A stretch of 64,000 nt of DNA. It comes from Nibricoccus sp. (GTDB lineage: Bacteria; Verrucomicrobiota; Verrucomicrobiia; Opitutales; Opitutaceae). The position numbers and the translations under genes were made by a program. The stretch is from NCBI GenBank assembly GCA_047602425.1, contig JASGHG010000001.1, positions 4,128,001 to 4,192,000 on the forward strand. The letters are read 5' to 3'. Position 1 is the stretch's first letter, and every line of letters starts with the position of its first letter. Positions 30,796 to 40,091 of the stretch are shown one piece after another. The notes under the pieces are model-generated. The model was not told the DNA's origin, did not search any database, and saw only the letters and a program-made list of their open reading frames with translations.

Positions 30796-32460
30796 ATGAA
30801 ACTCGCCGGCGAATATTTCACGTTTCGTCCCAAGCTCCTTGAATCGCTCAAGGATTATACGAGGGAGCGGTTTATGGCCGATCTCATGGCGGGTCTCACC
30901 GTGGGCATCGTGGCGTTGTCGTTGTGTATTGGTTTGGGCATCGCCTCGGGCGTAACGCCGGTGGCCGGACTCTACACCGGCATCATCGGCGGTTTCATCG
31001 TGTCGGCCTTGGGAGGCTCGCGGGTGCAGATTGGAGGACCGGCCGGGGCATTTGTGGGCTTGGTGGCTTTGATTGGTTCGCAATACGGTCTGCAAAACCT
31101 GCTCGTCTGCACCATGCTGGCGGGCGCGATGATGTTCGCGATGGGCGCTTTTCGACTGGGCTCGCTCATTCGTTTCATTCCGCAACCGGTGACCATGGGT
31201 TTCACTTGTGGCATCGCGATCACGATCATGAGCACGGTCGTGCGGGAATTTTGTGGGCTTCAGCTGGATCACGAACCGTCGGAATTTCTGCCCAAGGTGA
31301 TTGCGCTGGTGCGGGCGGCGCCAACAACCAACTGGCACGCTTTGGTGCTGGGAATTGTATCCTTGGGTATAGTTTGGCTTTGGCCGGCGAAATACAGCCG
31401 GCGCGTGCCGGGCTCGATCGTCGCCGTCGTCCTCGGCACGGTTTTTGTATCGCTCGCCGGTTGGCCGGTAGAGACGATTGCGAGCAAGTTTGGCGGTATT
31501 CCGCGGGGGCTCCCGGGATTTACCTTTCCGGCTTTTGATTGGCGCGCGATCGACAAGTTGATCGCACCGGCCTTCACGATTGCAATGTTGGGATCCATTG
31601 AATCGTTGCTGTCGGCGGTCGTGGCGGACGGGCTGATCGATGACCGGCATGATTCCAACCAGGAACTGATAGCGCAGGGCGCTGCGAATTTTATCGTGCC
31701 GTTTTTCGGCGGCATCCCAGTGACGGGCGTCATCGCGCGCACCGCCACGAACATTCGGAATGGAGCAAATTCTCCGGTCGCGGGCATCGTGCACGCGCTT
31801 TTCTTGCTGCTGGTCCTTCTCGTTGCCGCACCGCTGGCGGCCAACGTGCCGTTGGTGACATTGTCCGCCGTGCTTATTGTAGTGGCGATCCGGATGGGCG
31901 AGTGGGACGAGTTTCGCCTGCTGTCGAGGCGGCCGAAGAGTGACGGATTGGTTTTTCTGGTGACCTTTGGCATGACTGTTTGCTTCGATCTGACGAAGGC
32001 AGTGGGCGTGGGCATGGTGCTGGCGGCATTTCTGTTCGTGAAACGCGTGGCCGATACGACGGAGGTTCAATCAATGACCGGTGATGCCAAGGCGGCTCCG
32101 CATGAACGCGTGGCCAACCTGCCCAAAAATGTCATCGTCTATCGTGTTTTTGGTGCATTGCTATTTGGTGCGGCGGACAAACTCGACACGGTATTGCGCC
32201 GCGCAGGCGGCGACACGCGCGTGGTGATTTTGCACATGGCGGCCGTGACGGCGATGGATACCACGGCGCTGGACCGCTTGGAAGACTTGCACATGAAATT
32301 GAAGCGGCGCGGACGCCATTTAATCCTCTGCGGTCCGCACACACAGCCCTTCTTTATGATGGAAAAGGCAGGGTTCCTGGACGCGGTGGGAGCGGATAAT
32401 ATCGCCGGAGATTTGGACGGCGCGGTCGAGCGGGCGAGAGCCCTGGCGGGAGCGAAATAG
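30796..32460 (+). CDS. SulP-family anion/dicarboxylate transporter with STAS domain
   Basis: GGSRVQIGGPAGAF, ESLLSAVVAD, NQELIAQG, GALLFGAA. Confidence 0.92.
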   Translation: MKLAGEYFTFRPKLLESLKDYTRERFMADLMAGLTVGIVALSLCIGLGIASGVTPVAGLYTGIIGGFIVSALGGSRVQIGGPAGAFVGLVALIGSQYGLQNLLVCTMLAGAMMFAMGAFRLGSLIRFIPQPVTMGFTCGIAITIMSTVVREFCGLQLDHEPSEFLPKVIALVRAAPTTNWHALVLGIVSLGIVWLWPAKYSRRVPGSIVAVVLGTVFVSLAGWPVETIASKFGGIPRGLPGFTFPAFDWRAIDKLIAPAFTIAMLGSIESLLSAVVADGLIDDRHDSNQELIAQGAANFIVPFFGGIPVTGVIARTATNIRNGANSPVAGIVHALFLLLVLLVAAPLAANVPLVTLSAVLIVVAIRMGEWDEFRLLSRRPKSDGLVFLVTFGMTVCFDLTKAVGVGMVLAAFLFVKRVADTTEVQSMTGDAKAAPHERVANLPKNVIVYRVFGALLFGAADKLDTVLRRAGGDTRVVILHMAAVTAMDTTALDRLEDLHMKLKRRGRHLILCGPHTQPFFMMEKAGFLDAVGADNIAGDLDGAVERARALAGAK

Positions 32461-32612
32461 AACGTCTGTTTTTTTGGTTTTTTCGAGAAAACTTGGGAAT
32501 TGCGGCGCTCGGAATTGGTTGTAACGAACCGCTGATTATCGTTAAAAATAAAACGCCGGGATCCGCGAAGGACTCCGGCGTCGTGAGAAGGTTTGATAAA
32601 GTCGGCGCCGCT

Positions 32613-33362
32613 TTAGTTGACCGTTACCGAGAAACTGTTGGTCGTGTAGTTCAAGCCGCCGCTGGAGGACGTTATTTCGTAGCCGAACTGGACATTGCCG
32701 ATGGTGATGTCGCCGATCCAACCCTTGCCCTTGATCCAAAGCAGGATCGCTTTGATGTCGACCGTGGCATTGTTGGTTTTGGAGGTGCGGAGGAACGAAT
32801 AGACATTGTTGGCGCCGTTGCTTCCACGGAAGACGTTCCACGTGTGGCCGCCCACCGAGACATTGGTGTAAACAGGCACGGCGTTGCCGGTGGAACTCCA
32901 GTTGTAGGAAATGGGTTTAACATTTCCGCCACCGGTCGCGGTCCCGGTGTAGTTCATCCAGAGCATGATTTCATTGGCATTGCCGCTATCCCAAATGTCG
33001 TAGGTCGATTCCCACGCGCCGCCGCTGGGGGTCGTGGCGCTGAAACTGGACTTGAGGGTGTTGGTTGCGCTCAGTTTTTTCCCAATATATTTGGTGCAAT
33101 TGGGGTAGGACTTGATGCCGCCGGTGTTCGGGTGGTTGGCCCAGACGCCCCAATTACTATAGCTATTGGCCCAAATCGTTTGAGGGCCGGCGCCGGAGCC
33201 CCAGATATTATTGTAGAGCGTGTAACCGCCATTGGACCAAGTGCCCCATTGGGCGGAGGAGGACCAAGTCGCGGCCTTGGCGGCCGGCGCGGAGGTGAGA
33301 CTAACCATCAAGACAGCAGCAAAGGTCGCTGCGAGCGTACGGAGTTTGAACGTGTGGTTCAT
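32613..33362 (-). CDS. Secreted GH12 endoglucanase/xyloglucanase
   Basis: Signal peptide; NNIWG, IKSYPN, YDIW, EIMLW, QFGYEI. Confidence 0.9.
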   Translation of the reverse strand: MNHTFKLRTLAATFAAVLMVSLTSAPAAKAATWSSSAQWGTWSNGGYTLYNNIWGSGAGPQTIWANSYSNWGVWANHPNTGGIKSYPNCTKYIGKKLSATNTLKSSFSATTPSGGAWESTYDIWDSGNANEIMLWMNYTGTATGGGNVKPISYNWSSTGNAVPVYTNVSVGGHTWNVFRGSNGANNVYSFLRTSKTNNATVDIKAILLWIKGKGWIGDITIGNVQFGYEITSSSGGLNYTTNSFSVTVN

Positions 33363-33601
33363 GGTATACGGGGTTGCTTTCGGCGCGCCGGTGAGGGCGC
33401 TGGGGTATGACGGATCGACAACGGAAAGCGGCGTCATCAATGCCGTGCGTGCAGAGGGGTCTGCACAAAGGGGTAGGGTGGGTGGGCTATAAGTATGCTA
33501 ATTTAACATTAAATCAAACGGGGCAAGACCTTTTTGGTAAGATCGAGGGATCCTCGCTTTTATCTGCTGACGTGAGGGGACCGCTCAATTTGCAGACATG
33601 C

Positions 33602-33997
33602 GAAAATGGCCGTGACCTCCGAAGCCCAGCGGGCGAAGTCTCACCAGAATCTTTTATGGGCGAATGCGCGTCCCGAGCCAGATTTTAGATATTGCTCGAA
33701 AGCAAGAGCCTTTTGTTTTTTCGAAAATCCTAGATAGGTCACGAGCCGCCACGGCCTGTTTACTGCGGTCGACACGTTTTTACCCGCATTGTGGTCGGCG
33801 ATGCGTTGACGGAGATTCTCAGTAAACCCGACATAATGTGTTTCCGGATGTGTGATACTTTCGATGAGATATACGTAGTACATGGTTCCTCCTTCGCTGA
33901 AGCTTCGGCGGGCATCCTTCGCTGCAACATTCAGACTGCGGGCTGAAGTTACTATCTGGCGAAGATGGCTGTGCCATCCGAAGCCCAGCGGGCGAAG
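33602..33997. repeat. Direct repeats flanking the GIY-YIG gene
   Basis: Identical 21-mer tccgaagcccagcgggcgaag at 33618-33638 and 33977-33997, within ~37-bp similar units (33602-33638, 33961-33997). Confidence 0.85.
33641..33883 (-). CDS. Small GIY-YIG nuclease (80 aa)
   Basis: MYYVYLI...HYVGFT..L.QR...HN.G...RPW.L...A..FE.YLKSGSGRAF; GGAGG RBS upstream. Confidence 0.9.
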   Translation of the reverse strand: MYYVYLIESITHPETHYVGFTENLRQRIADHNAGKNVSTAVNRPWRLVTYLGFSKKQKALAFEQYLKSGSGRAFAHKRFW

Positions 33998-33998
33998 G

Positions 33999-34087
<89 letters not shown>

Positions 34088-34216
34088 AAGGTGTTCTGCG
34101 GGTCTTTGCCAACAAGACCTGCCAAAAGGGCGAAGGGGTCGAAATAAGGCGTCCTGTTAGAGCGGGGTCAACGGAAAATCTTCACCAAGACTAAATGCAC
34201 GCGAATTCCGCCGGAT

Positions 34217-35299
34217 TTAGCTCTTGGTTGAGGCATCTGCGCCCGTGGTGGCGGCAAAATCAACCGGCACTACGACTTCCTGCGGCTGGGCTTTGCCATT
34301 TTCGACCGCAGGCAGGAAAAGCCAGCGGCCGATTTCCTGACGGGACTGATCCAAATAGGCAGGCGGCAACGCGGGCTCGCAGATGAACGACTCGACGGTG
34401 CCCTTCTCGTTGACCTTGCAATGTATTTGGACGCGCGGCTCTTTCAGTCCTTGGAATTTTTTGCGATCGAGCGGAGTGAAATAGACTTTTGCCGGGACCG
34501 ATTGGTTGGCGCCCGCGACGATCTGCTGGCGGATCGCGAGACGGTGGCGGCCCTGATGGTATTTCGCCTTGGTCGGTTCCATTTCGCGCAGGAGCGCCAG
34601 AAGGTCTTGGAACGGTTTTGTCGGGCCGTGGTATTCGCCGCCTTCGTGAGAATGAAAAACGATATCGCCGTTTCGGTTTACCACCGCGAGTCCGGGGATG
34701 CTGTTGGGTTTCCACTTTTCCAAAACGCCTACGTCTGCGTTGAACTTCACGGTCAACCAAGGCATCTGGACTTCAGCGACGTATTCGGCCTGTTCGCTTC
34801 GACCTTTGTCCCAACTCACGAACAGCACTTCGCATTTTTCGCCAAAGGCTCTGTTGCGAAGGTTATTGTACTGTTGAACGAGTGTCGGGGTGAATCGACG
34901 GCAAGGTCCGCACCAGTGCGCGGAGAAATAAAGCACGTAAAATTCGGGTTCGGCCCGCGTGCCCGGATCGAAGGCGACGAGTTTCCCGTCTTTGAGGATT
35001 TGGAGCCTACCTTTCGTCGCTTTCGCCACTGGGGAAGTGGATTCGGCCCATGGTTTTTCGGCGGGTACGGTGGCGAGATATTGCGCCACTTGGTCAAGGC
35101 TGGCGTCGTCCAGGGAATCGAACGGCAGGAGCATCATGGTCTTTTTGCCCACGATGTGAGCCATGGTGCCGTAGATGCCTGAAATTTTGCCCTCGATGAC
35201 GCCGCTGGGCGTGGTCCATTTTTCTGCACGGATTTCGAAGGTTGCCGCCGTCGTGAGACAGGCAAGAAAGCTGATTTTGATAATTCGCAGGAGGTGCAC
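34217..35299 (-). CDS. Exported thioredoxin-like protein (WCGPC) with TonB-C-like C-terminal domain
   Basis: Signal peptide; LYFSAHWCGPCRRFTP, EVLFVS, MPWL; C-terminal VNEKGTV...WLFLPAVENGK...VVVPVDF. Confidence 0.75.
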   Translation of the reverse strand: MHLLRIIKISFLACLTTAATFEIRAEKWTTPSGVIEGKISGIYGTMAHIVGKKTMMLLPFDSLDDASLDQVAQYLATVPAEKPWAESTSPVAKATKGRLQILKDGKLVAFDPGTRAEPEFYVLYFSAHWCGPCRRFTPTLVQQYNNLRNRAFGEKCEVLFVSWDKGRSEQAEYVAEVQMPWLTVKFNADVGVLEKWKPNSIPGLAVVNRNGDIVFHSHEGGEYHGPTKPFQDLLALLREMEPTKAKYHQGRHRLAIRQQIVAGANQSVPAKVYFTPLDRKKFQGLKEPRVQIHCKVNEKGTVESFICEPALPPAYLDQSRQEIGRWLFLPAVENGKAQPQEVVVPVDFAATTGADASTKS

Positions 35300-35465
35300 A
35301 GTTATTGGGGTGTGGCGAAGCGGGAGTTATTTATCAGTCCGGCCAATTAATTACGCGCATTAGAAGAAGTTTCTCTCATTTCGACGTCAAGCTACGGACG
35401 TTGGTTAGCCTGATATCAGAGGTAAAATTGTATAATTGCTGGATAAAAAGATGACTAAAACCTCC

Positions 35466-35493
35466 TTGCGCGACCTCAAGTGGATGCTACGTT
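35466..35493 (+). promoter_or_regulatory. Putative sigma70 promoter for the nuo operon
   Basis: TTGCGC-N16-TACGTT with extended TGn, 37 bp upstream of the nuoB ATG. Confidence 0.4.
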
Positions 35494-35530
35494 GACCCTT
35501 TCGCTTTAACCACCACTACATCGTTGCATC

Positions 35531-36046
35531 ATGGTTTCTGCCAACACCACCGAGATCGGCCTTAACAGCAAAGTTGAGGGCGAGGTCGTCGTCTCCCGGC
35601 TCGACTCGGTTATCAACTGGATTCGCACCAACTCTGTCTGGCCCATGCCGATGGGTCTGGCTTGCTGCGCGATCGAACTGATGGCGGTGGGCAACGGACG
35701 TTTCGACATCTCGCGCTTCGGCGCTGAGGTGATGCGTTTTTCGCCACGCCAGGCCGATTGCATGATCGTTGCCGGCACCGTTACTTACAAAATGGCCGCG
35801 CAGGTCCGCCGCATTTACGACCAAATGATGTCGCCAAAATGGGTCATTGCCATGGGCGCGTGCGCCAGCTCGGGCGGCATGTACCGTAGTTATTCCACAC
35901 TACAAGGCGTCGACCGCATCGTGCCCGTCGACGTCTATATCAGCGGTTGCCCTCCGCGTCCTGAGGCGATCCTCGACGCGCTCATCAAGCTGCAGGGCAA
36001 AATCAAAACCGAGCACGCTGCCTCGAACCTTTTTAAAAAAGGCTGA
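35531..36046 (+). CDS. nuoB: NADH-quinone oxidoreductase subunit B
   Basis: [26 protein letters not shown]. Confidence 0.97.
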   Translation: MVSANTTEIGLNSKVEGEVVVSRLDSVINWIRTNSVWPMPMGLACCAIELMAVGNGRFDISRFGAEVMRFSPRQADCMIVAGTVTYKMAAQVRRIYDQMMSPKWVIAMGACASSGGMYRSYSTLQGVDRIVPVDVYISGCPPRPEAILDALIKLQGKIKTEHAASNLFKKG

Positions 36047-36088
36047 GTCACTGAAGCGCATTACACCTTTCGCCTCACGAACCACGAC

Positions 36089-36739
36089 ATGACTGCTCCC
36101 ACCGCAGCCAAGACCGCTCTCAAGGAAAAATTCCCGCAAGTGACCGACCGCGCCAGCACGGATCACGAGGCGGTCAACGTGCCCATGGCCGATCTTGTCG
36201 CGGCGTTAAAATACCTGCGCGACGAACACGCCTTTGACCTGCTGATGGACCTGACGGCGATCGATTGGGCGGAAGGCGCTTCGCCCCGTTTCACGGTCGT
36301 CTATCACCTCTTCTCGTCGCAAAATCTTGGATACATCCGTGTCGCTGCCCACTGCGCGAACGATGTCGAGCCGACAGCCCCCAGCGTGGTCGATCTCTGG
36401 CCCGCCGCCAACTGGCACGAGCGCGAATGCTACGACATGCTTGGCATCAGGTTCACCGCGCATCCCGACCTGCGTCGCATTCTCATGTGGGAAGGCTATC
36501 CGTACCATCCGTTGCGCAAGGAATTCCCACTCGCAGGCATCGAAGTCCCTCTGCCCGATGCTGAAATCAGCGCAGCGACCGGCGTTGCGGCGATTGCCGT
36601 GCCGATGGCGGGCGGACCGTTTGTCGCTTCCTCCGGCGAGATGAACCTCACCGAAGCCGAACCACGCGCCAAGGACGAAAGCTGGAGCGACCGCCGGCCT
36701 CGTCCGGACCAAACCGGACTCAAGCAAGCCAAGAACTGA
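36089..36739 (+). CDS. nuoC: NADH-quinone oxidoreductase subunit C
   Basis: ANWHERECYDM, HPDLRRIL, HPLRKEFP. Confidence 0.95.
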   Translation: MTAPTAAKTALKEKFPQVTDRASTDHEAVNVPMADLVAALKYLRDEHAFDLLMDLTAIDWAEGASPRFTVVYHLFSSQNLGYIRVAAHCANDVEPTAPSVVDLWPAANWHERECYDMLGIRFTAHPDLRRILMWEGYPYHPLRKEFPLAGIEVPLPDAEISAATGVAAIAVPMAGGPFVASSGEMNLTEAEPRAKDESWSDRRPRPDQTGLKQAKN

Positions 36740-36746
36740 CGCGACC

Positions 36747-37976
36747 ATGGCCAACGAAATTTCCATTCCCGACAGCGCTGCGAAGTTTTCTGACGTCGAA
36801 CAATACGGCTCGGAAAAAATGGACCTCTCCATGGGGCCATCGCATCCGTCGACCCACGGCGTGCTCCGTCTCCAACTGGAGATCGACGGCGAGATCGTCA
36901 CCAAGTGCGATCCGGTCGTCGGTTACCTCCATCGTGGTGACGAAAAAATCGCCGAGAACATGACCTACAACCAGTTCGTGCCCTATACGGACCGGTTGGA
37001 TTATCTGGCACCTCTCGCGAACAACATGGCCTACGCCATCGCGGTAGAAAAACTCGCAAATCTCCAAGTGCCGCCACGCTGCCAGGCGATTCGCGTGATC
37101 ACCGCCGAAATGGCGCGCATCTCGTCGCACCTCATGGGTCTCGGCGCGTTCGGTCTCGACGTTGGCGCCTGGACCGTGCTCGTGCTTTCGCTCAACCAGC
37201 GCGAATTCCTCTACAAGCTTTTCGAAGAGCTCACCGGTGCCCGCTTCACCACGAGTTACACGCGCATCGGCGGCGTCACCCGCGACATTCCCGACGGCTG
37301 GCTGCAGAACGTTGAAAAATTCTGCGACCAATTCGAACCCGCGCTCGAAGAAATCCTCTCGCTCCTCACGCGTAACAAAATTTTCCACGACCGCACCGTC
37401 GGCGTCGGTGTGATCTCAAAAGAAGACGCGCTCGCCTACGGCCTGACCGGCCCGAATCTCCGCGGCTCCGGCGTCGGTCTCGATCTTCGCAAGGACAAGC
37501 CGTACTCCGGCTACGAGCAATACGAGTTCGATGTTCCGGTTGGCACGAAGGGCGACAGCTTCGACCGCTACCTCGTGCGTGGCGAAGAAATGCGCCAGTC
37601 CGTCCGCATCATCCGCCAGGTCGTTAAGACGATGCCCGGTGGCGACTGGTTCGCCAAGGATGCCGTCCGCATTTTTGCGCCGCCCAAGGCGAAGGTGCTC
37701 ACCTCGATGGAGGAGCTCATCAATAATTTCATGATCGTGACCGAAGGTCCGCTCATGCCCTCCGGCGAAGTCTACTTCGAGGCGGAAAACCCCAAGGGCA
37801 TACTCGGCTTCTACGTCGTGAGCAAAGGTGGCGGAGTTCCCTGGCGCCTGAAGATCCGCTCACCCTCCTTCTGCAACCTTTCCATCGTCCCAAAAGTTTG
37901 CACCGGCATCCTGATTTCCGACGTCGTCGCGATCCTCGGATCATTCGACTTCGTCATGGGCGAATGCGACCGCTAA
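36747..37976 (+). CDS. nuoD: NADH-quinone oxidoreductase subunit D
   Basis: GPSHPSTHGVLRL, GYLHRG, DRLDY, GECDR. Confidence 0.97.
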   Translation: MANEISIPDSAAKFSDVEQYGSEKMDLSMGPSHPSTHGVLRLQLEIDGEIVTKCDPVVGYLHRGDEKIAENMTYNQFVPYTDRLDYLAPLANNMAYAIAVEKLANLQVPPRCQAIRVITAEMARISSHLMGLGAFGLDVGAWTVLVLSLNQREFLYKLFEELTGARFTTSYTRIGGVTRDIPDGWLQNVEKFCDQFEPALEEILSLLTRNKIFHDRTVGVGVISKEDALAYGLTGPNLRGSGVGLDLRKDKPYSGYEQYEFDVPVGTKGDSFDRYLVRGEEMRQSVRIIRQVVKTMPGGDWFAKDAVRIFAPPKAKVLTSMEELINNFMIVTEGPLMPSGEVYFEAENPKGILGFYVVSKGGGVPWRLKIRSPSFCNLSIVPKVCTGILISDVVAILGSFDFVMGECDR

Positions 37977-37991
37977 CCACGAAACTTTTTT

Positions 37992-38077
37992 AACCGCTAA
38001 TTTTCGCTAATGAACGCTCATTCAAACCAAATTTCCGGTTCGCCGAAATTAGCGTCCATTAGTGCAAATTAGCGGTT
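37992..38077. repeat. Intergenic inverted repeat with 10-nt periodic arms (nuoD/nuoE)
   Basis: aaccgctaat-tttcgctaat-gaacgctcat ... attagcgtcc-attagtgcaa-attagcggtt. Confidence 0.8.
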
Positions 38078-38094
38078 CCCATTTCCGAGTCCGA

Positions 38095-38577
38095 ATGAAT
38101 CTCAAGCCCGAAACACTCCAACGAATCGAAGATGCCATCACGCACTATCCGGTGAAACGGAGTGCGACGCTGCCGCTGCTGCACCTGATTCAGGAGGACG
38201 CCGGCTACATTTCCGACGAGGCGATCGAGTGGGTGGCGCAGAAACTCGAACTCCAGCCGATCAACGTCTACGAAGTGGTGACGTTTTACCCGATGTTCCG
38301 CCGCAAGCCGATCGGACGGCGACACATCAAAGTTTGCCGCACGCTCTCTTGCGCATTGATGGGCGGCTACAAAGTCGCCGGCGAATTCAAAAAAGAGTTC
38401 GGGGTTGATCTCAACGAAATCACGCCCGACGGCGAAGTCACCATCGAGTTCGTCGAATGCCTCGCCAGTTGCGGCACCGCTCCCGTCGTCATGGTCGACG
38501 ACGAACTACACGAGAAAGTCGATTGCGCCAAAGCCCGCGAAATCGCCGCCAAGATCAAGGCCGACGCGAAACGCTGA
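38095..38577 (+). CDS. nuoE: NADH-quinone oxidoreductase subunit E
   Basis: VTFYPMF, VCRTLSC, ECLASC. Confidence 0.95.
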   Translation: MNLKPETLQRIEDAITHYPVKRSATLPLLHLIQEDAGYISDEAIEWVAQKLELQPINVYEVVTFYPMFRRKPIGRRHIKVCRTLSCALMGGYKVAGEFKKEFGVDLNEITPDGEVTIEFVECLASCGTAPVVMVDDELHEKVDCAKAREIAAKIKADAKR

Positions 38578-38613
38578 CCGCTTAAACTTCCACTTTTCAC
38601 TTAAACTTTTCGC

Positions 38614-39966
38614 ATGCCCGCTCCCGCACAACGTCGCCTGATTTTCCAGCACATCGACGAGGCCGGTTACACCAACGACCTCGCTTGTTACGTGCGCAAC
38701 GGTGGCTACGAGATCCTCAAGAAATCCGTCACGCGCAAGCCCGAGGAAATCATTGACGAAGTCAAAAAGTCCGGCCTGCGCGGCCGTGGCGGCGCTGGTT
38801 TTCCCTGTGGCGTGAAGTGGTCGTTGGTCGACCGCAAAAGCGGCAAGCCAATCTACCTCGTGGTCAACGCCGACGAGTCCGAGCCTGGCACATTCAAGGA
38901 TCGCTACATCATTCACCAGGACCCGCACCAGCTCATAGAGGGAATCATGATCTCCTCCTTCGCGAACAACGTGAAGCAGGCCTACATCTATATCCGCGGC
39001 GAATTTCCGATCGGTGCTCGCATTCTCGAAAAAGCCATTGCCGAGGCGCGGGCGGCCAATTTTGTCGGTCCCAACATTCTCGGCACCAATTACAGTTGCG
39101 AAATCTACGTCCATCGTGGTGCTGGCGCCTACATTTGCGGCGAAGAAACCGGTCTGATCGAATCGCTGGAAGGCAAGCGCCCGTACCCGCGCATCAAGCC
39201 GCCGTATTTCCCCGCCGTGCTCGGCCTCTACCAGTGCCCGACGATCGTGAACAACGTCGAGACGCTTTGCCACGTGAAGCACATCGCCGACATGGGCGGT
39301 GAAGCCTTCTCGAAAATCGGCACGCCCAACAATACCGGCACACGTATTCTTTGCGTCTCCGGTCACGTGCAACGCCCTGGCTACTACGAATACGAAGTCG
39401 GCAAGATCACGATGGGCGAGTTGCTCAACGAGGTCTGCGGCGGCCCGTTGCCCGGCCGCAAATTCAAGGCCGTGATCCCCGGCGGTTCATCCGCGAAAAT
39501 CCTGCGTTTTGGCGAAACGTTTACCTTGAAAAACAAGGACGGCTCCACACGCACATTGACCGTCGAGGACATTCCAATGGATTTCGACACGCTTGCCGCT
39601 TGTGGCACCATGGGTGGTTCGGGTGGCGTCATCGTGATGGACGACACCGTCGACATCGTGCAAGCGCTGGCGAATTTGAACGCGTTCTACGCTCATGAGA
39701 GCTGCGGCCAATGCACCCCGTGCCGCGAAGGCTCGCTCTGGATGAAGAAAATCACCAACCGCATGGTCCACGGCGACGCTCGCGCAGAAGATGGCGTGCT
39801 ACTCAATAGCGTGGCCAACCAGATCGCTGGCCGCACCATCTGCGCGATGGGTGAGGCGTGCTCGTGGCCGACCATGAGCTTCGTCCAGAAATTCGGCGAC
39901 GAATTCAAAGCGTATCCCGAATCAAAAGCCACCGCCAATGGCGAAGCCTCACTCAAGCTCATCTGA
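38614..39966 (+). CDS. nuoF: NADH-quinone oxidoreductase subunit F
   Basis: GLRGRGGAGF, NADESEPGTFKDR, GAGAYICGEE, ESCGQCTPCREG. Confidence 0.97.
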   Translation: MPAPAQRRLIFQHIDEAGYTNDLACYVRNGGYEILKKSVTRKPEEIIDEVKKSGLRGRGGAGFPCGVKWSLVDRKSGKPIYLVVNADESEPGTFKDRYIIHQDPHQLIEGIMISSFANNVKQAYIYIRGEFPIGARILEKAIAEARAANFVGPNILGTNYSCEIYVHRGAGAYICGEETGLIESLEGKRPYPRIKPPYFPAVLGLYQCPTIVNNVETLCHVKHIADMGGEAFSKIGTPNNTGTRILCVSGHVQRPGYYEYEVGKITMGELLNEVCGGPLPGRKFKAVIPGGSSAKILRFGETFTLKNKDGSTRTLTVEDIPMDFDTLAACGTMGGSGGVIVMDDTVDIVQALANLNAFYAHESCGQCTPCREGSLWMKKITNRMVHGDARAEDGVLLNSVANQIAGRTICAMGEACSWPTMSFVQKFGDEFKAYPESKATANGEASLKLI

Positions 39967-39971
39967 TTTTG

Positions 39972-40061
39972 AACAGAAGATAACAAAGAGTCCAAAACAT
40001 CGCTCACGCAAAAATTCCAAGCTAACCCGACACCGCTTCGTTTCCTTCGTTACCTTCTGTA
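39972..40061. repeat. Intergenic inverted repeat with 9-nt periodic arms (nuoF/nuoG)
   Basis: aacagaagataacaaag ... cttcgttaccttctgt. Confidence 0.75.
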
Positions 40062-40091
40062 AAATTCATCTCCGAACGTTTTCCTTTAGCA

